Assembly (NCBI RefSeq): GCF_041956535.1
Contig: NW_027192194.1
Span: 403,444-467,443, forward strand
Reading direction: 5' to 3'
From: Calcarisporiella thermophila CBS 279.70
Lineage: Eukaryota > Fungi > Calcarisporiellomycota
Length of the DNA stretch: 64,000 nucleotides
Translations under genes and position numbers: made by a program
The notes under the pieces: generated by a model
What the model saw: only the letters and a program-made list of their open reading frames with translations
The model's database searches: none
What the model was told of the DNA's origin: nothing
In this document: positions 1-12,894 of the stretch, one piece after another
Layout of the letters: each line of letters starts with the position of its first letter
How positions within the stretch are numbered: the first letter of the stretch is position 1

Positions 1-179
1 TTTAGCGATTGTTTTCAATTCAGTTGTTAAAAGAAAAAAAGACCTGCAATGATGATGAGATTGTAAACAAAATTGAAACGGCAGTCACAAAACGTGATGT
101 AAAAATGGTTGTGGAATAGAATTGGTAGAAATTTCGTCACGGCTTTTCTTGTCAATGATCCTTTAGTTATAATTTAATC

Positions 180-2305
180 ATGAGCGGCGTGCCAGATAAA
201 GATAAGGTAGATTTAAAGCAGTTGCAGATATAAATAAGTATGGCGGAGCTGATCCTCTATTTATTTACAGATCGCGGCGATGATCGCCCAGAAAAAGGCG
301 GAGCTAACTGCCAGACTTGCACAATCTGGCCTAGGCACAAAACCTGCCACTCCTCCTCCAGCACCCGCACCCCAGCCAACAAGACCAGAGCTTTCTATTC
401 CTGCAGGTGTAAATCCAGATGAGATTCGGCGTAAACTGCAAGAGGCGCGTTCGATCGCAAAAACCTTAGCTGGATCGGTATGTTAAAGCTTGCTTTTTGT
501 TAGAATACTTTGTACATTCTACACTTATTATAACGTCGCAATTTCCACATAGGCGGCTGCGAATAATGAACCACGTGCAAAAGGAGGGCTACAAGTAGAA
601 GCTCATCCATTATTGATGCGCGATGAAACAGGGAATTTGAAGTTCAACTCATCCAAAGTGGCAATACCAAAACCTGTTTTTGCCACTACTAAGGTGCGTT
701 TGCTATTGAATAATGGCATCAGTTCGAAATTAGCGGATATTGTTGCTATATCTTCTGCTCACATTAATTAACTATTATAATATCATATAGGCAAATTTGC
801 GAGTAGCTCCTAAGAAACAAAAAGAAGAAGTCAAGCCTAAACCAGTTGAGCCCGTGAAAAACCCATATCTTGAAGCAAGTACAGAGGTCGAACCTGGTGC
901 GGTACGACGAACGCGCAAATTCAAATTCGTTCAGCCAGGAAAATATGTCAAGCAAGCAGAACAAATTAGACAGAAGGTAATGGTGTAAATTTGCATTTAA
1001 GCATATGCAATCCTAATCCTCCTTTATGTGTATTTGATAGGCACATATGGAGGAATTGAAGGAAAAGATCGCAGCAAATGTAAATAAAATTGGTCTAGAG
1101 GCTGAAATTAGTATTTCCGATAAAGCAATTAAGGTATTGTCCACTTTATTTACGCTTACTCTACGTACAAGCGTTTAATCCTGTATTTGATTTTTCTTTT
1201 AGAAAGAGCCACCACCGGCAATCGAATGGTGGGATGCTTTTCTTCTCCCTAATAAAACCTACGACGATATTGATAATGGCCAGGCAAAGATCGACACAGA
1301 TGACTCGATTATTACCCATCTAGTGCAGCATCCGGTGGTTATTCCGCCACCCGACTCAGGCACAGCACCAGCCAAAATGCTAATGTTGACAAAGAAAGAG
1401 CGTAAGAAGCTCCGCCGCCAGAAACGGATGGAGATTCTTAAGGAAAAGCAAGATAAAATTCGGCTAGGACTATTACCGCCAGATCCGCCTAAAGGTAAGA
1501 GAGAATTGGCCTTGAATCATGTTTTCCTTTTAGCTTTTGACGCTTCTATCTAAATTCGTGTTAACATTTTTCTTTGGTAGTTAAACTTAGTAATCTAATG
1601 CGTGTCCTTGGCAATGATGCTATCCAGGACCCCACTAAAATTGAAGCACGAGTGCGTAAGGAAATGGAAAAACGGCATGCATTACACATGAAAATGAACC
1701 AGGAACGAAAGTTAACACCGGAACAATTGCGGGAGAAGAAACGGCGGAAGCTGGAAGAGGATACTAGCCAAATGGTTCATGTCAACGTGTACAAGTAAAT
1801 ATACTCCCTCCCTATAGCCAAGCTTATTTTGAAATAATGGATCTGCTAATCTATTTATCTCTTTGACAGAATTCGAGATCTTTCCCACCCATCCCATCGG
1901 TTTAAGGTCGATAAGAACGCACAACAACTTAACTTTACCGGTATTGTCTTGTTGAATAACAAGTTCAACTTAGTAGTCGTCGAGGGAGGCCCAAAGAACC
2001 TTAACAGATATCAAAAGCTGATGCTAAGACGAATTAAGTGGAATGATCAAGCCTATGACGAGGAGGAGGAAGAGGAAGACGACCAATCCAACAACACCAC
2101 CAGCAATGCAATGAATGTGGACAAAAATGGCCCAAATAGATGCGATTTAGTGTGGGAAGGCCAGCTTCGTGAACGCTTATTCCGGCAATTCCGTTTCCGG
2201 CAAGTCCCCACCGAAGGCCAGGCTAGAGAACTGTTGCGCAAATATCAAGCGGAGCAATACTGGGACTTGGCCGAAAACTTCAAGAGAGAGGATGAGATGT
2301 TTTGA
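180..2305 (+). CDS. PRP3: U4/U6 snRNP splicing factor Prp3 (multi-exon)
   Basis: ATG at 180, first intron 207-270. Exons encode 'IEWWD', 'MLTKKERKKLRRQKRME..EKQDKIRLGLLPPDPPK', 'KLSNLMRVLGNDAIQDPTKIEARVRKEM' and the C-terminal 'VVVEGGPK..YQKLMLRRIKW...CDLVWEG'. Confidence 0.95.
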
Positions 2306-2714
2306 AAATAAATTTCATTTCCTTTTAGTGGAAAGTGGGTTGCTCATGTTTAATCTGGAGTTTACCCCATTTTGGATACCTTTTATTCCTGTGCTACTGT
2401 TTGGATTGCTTTGCAGCGGGGTACAACAAACATGCACAACCTGCAACAATTGGGTCAGTGGGAAACCTCGTACTATGGTTAAAAAACTCAATCCGTACTT
2501 CACTTAACAAATAGAAGTATGGGATTTATTTCGAAGATGACTATTAGAAAAAAAAAATAAAAATAAAAATACAGCATCCTTAATTAATCAGGAACATTCG
2601 CTTGAACAATTTGTATAAACTCTATTGTTCTCATCTTACAAAGTGAGAGACAAAAATCAACGCCAATATGAATAATGAAAACTAGATATAAAGAAAATCA
2701 GGCCCATTATTGTT

Positions 2715-4442
2715 CTATGCGGAATATTCTTGTTTCTTCTCTTCGTCATTTGATGGGTAATCCTTCATGAAAACTCGGTCCATCTCTTCGAGGGTCTTAC
2801 CCTTGGTTTCAGGATAGAAGAAATATATGATGAATACCATCAAAAAGTTGATTACGGCAAAGATGACATATAGGTATGCGCCCATTGCTTTCTGCAGAGG
2901 TAGTGTACAAAGCCCGATAAGAGTATTGAAGAAAAAGTTTGCCATGGTTGCTAGGCCCGCACCCTTTGCACGCGTCCGGGTTGGGAAAATTTCCGACGGA
3001 TAGATCCAAGCAATACTAAGCCATGCGGCACCGAAAAGCGCTGTGTAAAGGTAAACGAATGCGGGAACTGCATATCCAGCTTTGGTTGGGCTGGTAGCAA
3101 GGAAGATGGTGATGATTGTCATGCAAATGCTCTGGCCAGCAGCTCCAATGATAAGCATTGGCCGTCGACCCCACCGATCGATAGCATACACGGGAATAAA
3201 AGTCGAAAAGAAATAAAAAACTGTATTGATGCCAGCGACGAGAAGAGCAGTCTGATTATCAAGTCCTGCTTGTAAGAAGACGGGTACTTGGAAATAGGCA
3301 ATCACATTGACTTTAATGAAAGAAAAATGTAAATATTTTCAATAAATCACAATTAAACCCAACTAAATGATTGCTGTACTTACTTCCACACAATTGCTGC
3401 ATTGATTGAATTCCCATAGCCAACACAGTACGCCTCAAGTTATTTGACCCTTTGCTGCTAAACATCTCGCCCCAGCTGGGTTCACCCTGCAGATTCTCAA
3501 TTCGAATTGCCTCCTTGATTTCGCTTAATTCTTTGTCCGCCGCCTCCTCTCCCTCTATTTTGCCGCCATGCATCTTCATAAGCACGACCCTAGCATCTGC
3601 ATCACGCCCCTTCGCGGCCAACCAACGGGGAGACTCGGGGAGGATAAAAGTGCCTATCGCTAGAAGGAGGGCAAAGAAGATTTGGAATGCAATGGGGAAT
3701 CGCCACTGGACCTCGTGCTCGATAAATGAAAAACCATAATCAAGCCAGTACGCAACGACAACGCCTGTGAAAATTTACAGATATCGTTAACAAAACTATA
3801 TGATACTTGCTCTACAACTCTATAAAAATATGGGAAATTACCAAAAATGTTCAGTACCCACTGCAAGCACTCTTGAGTGCCGCGGTCTGCAGGCGGAGCG
3901 AGCTCTGATTGCAATATGGGCAACGTCGTCATTAAAAATCCAATTCCCAGACCGGCAACAATTCTTCCACTGATCATTAACCCAAGCTCATAGGCAGCGG
4001 ATTGCATTGCTGCGCCAACTGATAGTACAATACATCCTGCAAGCACTGCTTTTAGTCGGCCAAACCTGTCAGCGAACCAACCGCATATCATCGACCCAAA
4101 GAACGCTCCAACCTCGAACATAGCCACAATAGTGGCAACAATGATCTCTTTGGATTCTTCAGGGAATGGGTCTCTGAAAAGCTTTGTAAAATGTGGCCCG
4201 GTGATAAGTCCTCCAAGCGACCCTTGATCATATCCAAAGAGAAGGATACCAATGCCTACAAGGATGTAACGAAAAGAGGGTGCAATTAATAAGCAGTCAC
4301 CTTGGACTGAAAAGAGGGACACTATGATAGCTGAGCGTCCCTCTCCCCATAGCTAGCTTTCATAGTTAGCTATCGAAAACGAGAGACTACCTCCGAAGAC
4401 ACTGACGAAGTATGTAAATAATTTTCCCGACAGTGTAAGCAT
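2715..4442 (-). CDS. MFS sugar porter (STL1-like sugar/polyol:H+ symporter)
   Basis: ATG at 4442 (MLTLSGKLF...). Motifs LFGYDQG, DRFGR, PESPRWL, QQLCG(I)N, DRWGRR, YPSEIFP..R, PETKGKTLEE. Three GT-AG introns. Confidence 0.92.
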
Positions 4443-4906
4443 TGTGTCTTTGTAGGATTTGGTTAAAGATAAGATAATGCCCTGTACAGATAGGTCGTTC
4501 CACAACTAATGAGGAATGGAACAAAATCAATAGAGGAGAATGTGGGGGGAGGGGGGTAATTAGAGAGAGGGATATAAAATGGGGAGGAATGCAATGTGCT
4601 TGGTTATTGAAAAAAAAAAGTTGAGAATGTCAATTCAATCCGGGAAGCAAACAACAGTAAATAAATAAATTAATAAGAAATTTATCTCGAACTATTCATA
4701 TGAAACCTGGATGTCAGCCTATTTATATAAAATTCCTCTAGCACCAAAAAGCGAGTAAAAGACCCTATTCTTTATTAGGTTTGGCAAATTTCAATTCACT
4801 GTGTGTTACAAGAACCATGCGAAATCCCACTCCTAAAATCTAACTGATAGGGTGGGAGGCTGGGTCAATTGAAAAAGTTGGTCACAATCTCAGATGCAGC
4901 CCTGAG

Positions 4907-5819
4907 GACGGAAAGCCCGCAAAACTCAGGAGAGGTGGAGAGGGGGGCTTTGTGCTAGGTTAGTGACATCATCCATCTCTCACGACGGAAATACTCTAGG
5001 GCATATACCAAATCCCGTCAAGGGACTGGGGAAGCGCTACTATTATGCCGATTGTTTGTTAGGATATCGTTCTGGATTATTACTTAAGTGGCAAGCCTAA
5101 GCCTGGCTGTGCTCTTTGCAAATTTTTGGAATAGTTAAAGATATTGTGAAATTCAGAAACGGATGGATGATAAGAGTCTTTTGCGACTAAGTGACAGCAT
5201 GGCACAATGGAGAACTTATGCGCCGCTAGTTACTTTTGATTACAATTTTTCTCGCGATGTTTAAAGTTTAGATAGAGCAAAAATAGGAAAGTGTTTATTA
5301 AGTATATGTTAAGAGGAATTACAAGGCAACGGGTATTTGTTAATTTTATTTTAGAGAGAAGGGTCTAATCCATCAATAGTCATTATATCCCCGACATTAG
5401 TTTGAGTTGTTATCAGGAGATACGCCACTTTCCGTCAAGTTGACGGAACAGGTATTATTTCCAGTACTGCGGCAACTATAAGTGATCGCGTTGGGAATGT
5501 AGAGAATTGTTGAGATTTCCCAGGCTAATTGAGAGTGCTGGTGTGCTGGCCTACTGCTAGGATTGAGAGGATTCGGCCATGCACCAAGGACACTAAAAGT
5601 AGGCCATAGTAAACTCTTGATGATAACAGGCATTACAACTTGCAAAACCTTAACTCCTAATCAACCCGATGTCTTCCGAGAAACAACACGACTAAGTATC
5701 GCAATTGAATATAGCGCCTTTGGTATTTGGAAGGAGAGCTCATAGTAGCGTCCTTTCCATGACCAGATTATATTAATCTGTCAATCTTTATGCCGAGTCT
5801 ACCTATGTTTCGGCATAAA
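4907..5819. promoter_or_regulatory. Cluster of CGG/CCG motifs and palindromes upstream of the sugar porter (possible Zn2Cys6 sites)
   Basis: GACGGAA at 4907, 4984 and 5442, and its reverse complement at 5430. Perfect inverted repeat TTCCGTCAA-G-TTGACGGAA at 5430-5448. TTTATGCCGA-N13-TCGGCATAAA at 5787-5819. Confidence 0.3.
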
Positions 5820-6847
5820 TTTTGACAAATAGTTTCGAAATACTTAACTGGTCATGTTCAAACTTATAAAGCATTCAGTGTCGGAATTTTCGATGTAATA
5901 ATATCACAAACATCTTTTATAGTTGTATATAGAACTCGCTTTGGCCCCAAGTCATAACTGTCGAAAAGAGGCTGCCTTGATCTCAATTACACACTTCAGA
6001 GATCGAGAAGCGGCATACACGGGTATAGGAGCGAGCCTAAATAATGCTCCAGACTGTTTGTGATTTCTGAAATAGCCTAATTCGAGAGCATGGTTCTCGG
6101 ATTTGCATTTCCCCAAATATGAAAATTGATAAACATACATTTTACTGCTCTCGAATTTGCGTCGTCATTCCCAGAGAGAGAATTAAATTCTATGCACTAG
6201 AATCAAATATTCTATTAAGCCATAGCATAACACAAAATGAGAGCCAGTTAATGAATCCAGACTAAACATTTGTTCTATTTGCACTTATACTGGACGAGGT
6301 CTCTGTTAGTGTCAGCTGATTGTTATCACAGATGCATAATACAATTCAAAATCCTTTTGTTTGCCTTTTCATCCATGTGCATTTATTTTCTCAACGATAT
6401 TCAATATCACGAGAACTATACAGTCAAAATTATTGAATTGGTAGTTATGAAACCTGCCCTATCCACAACCTGTAAGTAGATGAATCCATCCTACAATTAT
6501 TATGGTCGTAATGATCGAAGAACAAACAAAGGCGACCATTAAATGCCCATACAACAGATAAAAGTGTGGGGTAATTTAGACTTAATTCTACCGATTACCT
6601 AATTCCGTAATACACTCAATTTATTTAAGATTTATTTTACGCCCATGATCCTTAGGATATGTTTGCGCACAAATAACATCAATGGTCCACAAAAGTTGAT
6701 GCCTAGACAATATTCTCCCTTGGAAAGGGCGTTTTGAGGAGGGGAGGGGGATATCCCTTCTATTCTCTCCTACTACAAATTATTTTCCTAAATAATAGCT
6801 ACCAATTAATGTTTTTATACATGGTTTTAACAACGATTCGTTTTAGC

Positions 6848-8024
6848 TTACATAGAGATTAAAGCGCCGATATTCGTCATTATCGCTCCAACAAAGTGTA
6901 ATACATTCCCATCGATGCGAACAAAAGCAAGTACCACTGCAATTAACCCCACTAAAGCATCAGGAAGATTGCCAGCGATCGATACGCTTAGTGCTCCACC
7001 CATCATATTCAATACCACAATAACCAACGTATTCAGCAGTCCCATTGTCGCTATGCCAATTGAGGCAATCAGGGTGATGAAAGTATTAACTCTAAAAAGA
7101 TTCAATGTTATCAGTGAAGGGTTGAGGAGGATAGAGAGAAGGAGAATGAAGGGGGCGGAGTGTGAGAGAATTTCGAGAGGATGGAGGTTCAATGGTCCAT
7201 TTATAACACGGTTAATCAAGATATCCCTCAATGCGTAAAGAGAAGTGAAACAGCTCATCAGAAAAACAGTGAAAATAAAAGATAGAGGTTCGTTTTGAGC
7301 CATATAACCCAATTTATAAACGAAATAGAAGTTAGAAGACAAGAACATCCCTCCAACTGCCAGCTATTGTGGAAGATTTATTAGTGGGTGGCAATGAATT
7401 CGAAAAAGCTGCAATCTAGATTGGTCACTTACAAGTACTAGGGCAAGATAAATAAAACGCGGTTGCTGTTCCTTAAATACCAGCCGTGAAATTCCAAATG
7501 TAAACATTGGAATCAGACCTTCTATCATATTGTTTCTCTAGCAAGAGATATCGTAATTTAAGCACTAGAGAATAGGAAACAAAAAATAGCAGAGTATACC
7601 GTACTAGAGTCCCATAGAATAAATAATCGATCTTCTCTGGAAGGCATGTCATTACAGCATAAATGAGAGCCACCCCTTTAATTCCCCACCACTCTTTTCT
7701 CGTCGGATTGCGTGAGGAATACCATCCTGTTTTCTCGGCAGCTTTCGCGGTGAGCCAGGTAATAGCTGCCAATAGAGCATGAAAACCTTCAGGGTTGGAG
7801 AATATTAGGCGGGTAGTGGTTTTAAGCAGGATGTAGAAGAATATATAAAGAGTGACGAGCGATATAAAAAGAGCATAGCTTGGGCATTCAGACTTATAAT
7901 TAAAACTGAAAAATGGATAGCAGTGGTGTGGGGAAGGTGTGGGAATATCAGTAGGGGCCTTTTCCTCAGTTTGCTCAGACTCCTCGAGAACTTCAAGTAT
8001 ATTAAAAGCTTTTTTGGAGGCCAT
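6848..8024 (-). CDS. Divergent DMT-superfamily (TPT / nucleotide-sugar transporter-like) membrane protein, paralogue 1
   Basis: Three exons joined by phase-0 GT-AG introns; many hydrophobic segments. 'LIPMFTFGISRLVFKE', 'LNLHPLEILSHSAP' and 'GALSVSIAGNL' resemble TPT/SLC35E repeats. Confidence 0.7.
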
Positions 8025-8958
8025 GGTGAAAGTAGGCAAGTAGAGCAGTTGGTCAAGTCATGTAGATATTGGTGAAAACGTAGAATACCGAAAATACTCT
8101 AGTCACTACCAGTCACCAACTGAGAAAAAAAGTGTAAAAGCGTGCTCTTTTCAGTTGTGCTAGGTCACACAGGGATTTTAAAACCGAAATGCGAACTACT
8201 AGAGCAATTTCAATAAAAGGGCCCAATTCAACTCAGTAAGTTGAAAGAAATGTATTATGATTTGTTTCAAACTGGTATCTTACACTACAGACGTGCAAGT
8301 TATATATATTGATTTTCCGATATATATTTCGGTTTAAAATGGCCCAGGTAAGAGCGGAATATTTGTGTGTGTTGTGCCATTTAAATACGTCATAGCAGAA
8401 CTTTAACAATTGTAGCCGCCAATATAGAATGTTTAATGTAAGGAAGGAAATGTTGCTATATGAGAATAGTTAGTATGAATACATAGGTTAGGTTGAGTGG
8501 TTGGACGAATCAAGGTTGTGAGCTGAGACGAGCGAATTAGCTCTCCATCTTTGAACTTATGTTTGTAGTCACAAAATCATATTGAGAAGGGAATCCATTA
8601 GCACTTGGGTAGACAAAATGAATTCGATATATAGTTCAAATGGAACAGATAGTCTAATAACAATGGTAATATTGTATTTTGCCGATCAACCCAACAATTG
8701 TGAATTGGATTAATTCGATATATATAATTCTTTTAGTTTTGGATGGACTTAAGCGATAAAATAAATAAATAAAACGGGGGTTTAAGGGGGAAATTTTAGA
8801 AGGAAATAGGGTATCTGACTTTCAATGCATGGTCATTTCCATGGCAAATGGAAGGAAAACATGGCTCACTCGCTCCTGTTGCAAAGCATTTTCCTATATA
8901 CCAAAGAGGATTGTATGAAATCACCTCTCCTCTTATTTATGAAAGCGCGTCTTTCAAC

Positions 8959-10111
8959 TTACAAGTAAACAACGGTCCCCAATAGTGTCATAGATGCACC
9001 CGTTACGAGCATCCCATTTCCTCCAAGACTTCCCAACACCATTAAAGTGGATAGTGCCAATACTACTTGCTCTAGACCACTAACCACTGATACGACTAGA
9101 GGGCCACACACCATATTCAATACCAGCAGTACCAGAATATTCAAATATCCCAACATTGAATTTCCGGTTATTTCGAGCATGAGGGCAAGAGTATTTTCAC
9201 TGCTGTAGAGACGTTGTGGGAATTCGCCGATAAAAAACCCGCAGAGTAAGGAGGAGACAAGGACCAAAGGAGCAGAGTGACATAGGAATTCGAGAGGATG
9301 AAGATTGAGTAGCCCATCGAGAGCACGGTTAATGAAAATATCTTTCAATGAGACGAGGCCAATGAAAACGACCGCGAGTGTCACTTTGAGAAGTAAGTAA
9401 GGGAAATTGGAGATAGAAAGAGGTAGGTAAAATTGGAATTCAGCATCCATGAACACAATTCCGATACTGACCTATAGAAGAAAGATTAACGAAAATAAGT
9501 AGTAGTGAGAGGATAAGCTCACTTACTGCCACTAGAATAAGATGGGTAAAGCGAGGATGCTTTTCCTTAAAGATTAGGCTTGAAATTCCATATGTGCAAA
9601 TTGGAACTAATCCACTATACAGGGTATTTGCCTATGGATTAAGTAGAGGCATTTAGACTAAGATCATTTTCGAAAGATTCACATTAAATATGCATACAGG
9701 AAGTGAATAAAAGTAATTGAGCAAGTCTGGAAGGCATATTGTCACAGCAAATAACGCGGCCACTCCAGTGATGCTCCACCATTCTTTTTGCTCCATCTTA
9801 CGCGGGGTGTACCATCCCCCCTTAGCCGCAGCCTTTGCAATGACCCAAGAAAATAGAGCTTGGAATGCAATGTGCGTGTAAGGGCTTCGGGGAAGGAATC
9901 GCGTGCCGACAACATGCAAGGTACTTAGTAGAATGTATAGGGCAACCAGAGAAAAGAGGAGGACACCGTCTGGTGAATGAGTTATCTGTAGTGAGGCAAA
10001 TAAAGGAGAGGCGGGAACTGATATAGAATCGAAGTCCTCCAGAGAGGATTTTTCACGCGCCCTCCTCGACTCCTCGAGGAGATTGGGCATATCCAAAGGC
10101 TTCTCGGACAT
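8959..10111 (-). CDS. Divergent DMT-superfamily (TPT / nucleotide-sugar transporter-like) membrane protein, paralogue 2
   Basis: Same three-exon structure as paralogue 1. Shared blocks 'GWY..R....KEWW.I.GVA', 'LVPICTYGISSLIFKE', 'DI.INR...G.LNLHPLE.L.HSAP' and 'VLNM..G.L.VS'. Confidence 0.7.
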
Positions 10112-11330
10112 TGAGAAAGAGCGAGTTTTTTGCAAAGAAAACAGGGGAAACTAGAAGCTCGCTCACTGATGGAAAAGATCCTGCATTTAGAGTTATGAAT
10201 ACAGGTACACGGGAATTGGGCTTAGAGGAAAATAGTTTAGTGTGTGTAATAATATAACTTTAACTGATAACTTTAGAAATTACAATTCATTAAATGTAGA
10301 AAAGCGTGGAAATTTATTGATTGCACCTAAAACTTCCCTGCGTCTTCCCTACCGATAGCTTTTTTTTTTTAGTTTTTATAGTTATCTTTAAACGAAGCTG
10401 GATTTACACATGGATAGAATATTTGCCTTGCAATTTATTGGAACTCGTTTCTCAAAAGTGTTTGAACTCATATATCCAGTTAGAACCTCGCCATTCCCAG
10501 AGAGAAGGCTATTCCCCGGAAATGCATGAGTATTCCCATTATCTACTTTCTTCGCTCTATCACTCTGGATATCCTTAACCGTAAGTCGATAAACGTATCA
10601 GATTCTTCATATAAAGTTCTACCCTTCCGGCCTATCCTACCTAGCCCCTTCTATAGTATATCTTGGAAAGCATTTAAGAGAACACGGGCTGTCCTCCTCC
10701 TATTTTTCAGCAGGGTTTGCTTTGGACACAATTATCGGGGCAACCAATTAGTGGTGCGCACTTTACATTTGCTTTTTCTCTGATCGTTTTCCTCGCTACC
10801 CCTGCCTCTATAGAAAGCATCGTTAATAAGATATTGGATGACCCAGCTTATTTTCACCTACTTCAATGAATATATTTTAGCTTATTTGTAATATGCACCT
10901 TTTATGTGCATTCAAGGTGAGTTCTTGCGAAGAATATCACCTTTCCTCTCCCATTTTCGGTAAATCAGGCACAGTTTATTATCCAAACAAGGCACCCGCA
11001 TCCTGGTGAAAAAGGGGTTAGAGGATTGGCTCGGAACATCCTAGTTTGCTGAAGGATATTGCATAGTAGGCCTTTTGTACTAAAATCATGCGCCAAGTGC
11101 GCGGCCATGAACATATCTTAGGCATAATAACCTTCTCCACGGTGGAATAGCTCATCAGATTTGGCAACTGCATCAAGTTTTAGCAGCGTTGTACAAATAT
11201 GCGTAAATATATTTTGCGTGCAAACGAGAAAAAGCAAAGGATTAATAAAAAAAGTTAAAGATGAAATATATATGAACAAAAGTATAATGTTTTTCAGGAA
11301 GCAATAGAGAATAAATAAGTGAAGGTAGGA

Positions 11331-12894
11331 TTAAATGCCAAGCATTAACGAGATCAAGAAAGCGCAAAAACTAAATGTCCATATACACGGTAGAGCAGTG
11401 GATGCCGGCGATCTTCTGTCCCCAAATCCTGGTATGTTTTGAGGATTGGGCTGCTCGCGAGTGGCGTACCCAAGAGAAGAGAGAATCTGCAGTAAACGGG
11501 GGCCAATTGGTCCGGATCCACCACCACGCTTCACCGCTTCGTCTAGCGTGACCCCATGGTCTTGTACAAATCGCATCAAAAAATCAGAAGTGTTTGTGTA
11601 AGTATTGTAATCGACGTGCGAAATACTGGACCCGTCGCTAAACGGTTTTAGGGAGGTTTCGAGGATAATAGCGTCTTGTGCAGAATTTCTGCCAAGTGGA
11701 AGGAAAGCCAGATCGCGTGGAGTTGTCGCAAGTTGAAACATTTGAGCCCCGTATTTGCTATACTCTGGAGATTTGACGAGCGAAGAGAGGAAATCATTGA
11801 TGGACTTGTACTGTTTACCGACTCCCCCATTGAACGAGTCAAGTTGTTTAGTCAGTTGAGTCACGGGCGTTAAATCTGGCAGTATGACCATATATCTGTG
11901 GAAAGGAGCCAAGAGTCAGTCGCGGGGTCAAAGCACAAACATCTCGAATGGACTTACTTGTCAAAGGCATACTCATAGAATCCGTCAAAAACCACCGGAC
12001 CTGTAAATTGCTCCCCAGCACTAATGTCAGGAGTAAGCATAGACGGTGTTTGATTAACATAGTCAGACCAACTAATATCATCAAGACAAGCCACATGAGT
12101 CCAAGCTACGTTAAAGATCTCTATCGTTATCCAAACCTTGAGGTAAATCCGAGGCCATGTATCAGCTCGTGTAGTATAACAAATAAGAAATCCGACTGGT
12201 TTGGCTGTATTGTATTTCCATTCTAGAAAAATCAAAGTATTTCAGACAATGCTCTCGAATTCGAGTGGAGTGAAGGGGCAATGGAAGAGGATACTCACGT
12301 TATTAAACCAAAACGGTGCATCGGCATTAAAGATGGCTTGGATATCATACTGACCATACTGAGGGTGACTTGAGAGGTTGAGTTGTTTAACAAGGGCCTG
12401 AGGATAAAACCGTCGCATCCCATCATTATCGACCAGGGGCAGAACTCTTGCTGGCGAGGCTCCTCCTATAGAGTAAATCGATGGAAATGAATACAGAGGG
12501 AATCGGTGCACCACAGAGGATCGGCTTTACCTAAGGTTACAAATTTACTTGTGCCGCAATCGCCAATCTCTTTGCAAAAATGAAAATAGGATGCATTGAC
12601 TGTTATGGGAGTGTTTAGAATCAAAGCTGCAGATATGATTTCCCCTGCCTGCAAAAAGGCATTCTTTGCTTGATCGCACACTTTAGCATCAGCTAGGCAA
12701 TTGAAATCGATTTGAAAAAGATTGCTGCCTTGGACTTGGGCGGCCACGACTAGGTTGTCGAGGCTCGGACGATCAATCCATGGGCATGGGACCAGATTGC
12801 GGGCTCGTGTCAGGGGGTTTGGCTGCTCAATACATGTGTAGGCGGATGCAAGAGTCGAGAGGAGGAGCCACTTTGGGATGAGACGGAGGGCCAT
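11331..12894 (-). CDS. Secreted, probably GPI-anchored zinc metalloprotease (leishmanolysin/M8-like zincin)
   Basis: Signal peptide MALRLIPKWLLLSTLASA. HELIHGLGF at 12145-12171, in a reading frame absent from the ORF track. Downstream 'SSISHVD...DFLMR' may supply the third ligand and Met-turn. Hydrophobic C-terminus. Confidence 0.78.

Noticed and set aside
4901-4931. CTGAGGA-stem-loop resembling a hammerhead ribozyme core
   Set aside because: The stem is followed by CAAA rather than the required GAAA. CCTGAG pairs with the downstream CTCAGG, and no stems I/III or cleavage triplet could be built.
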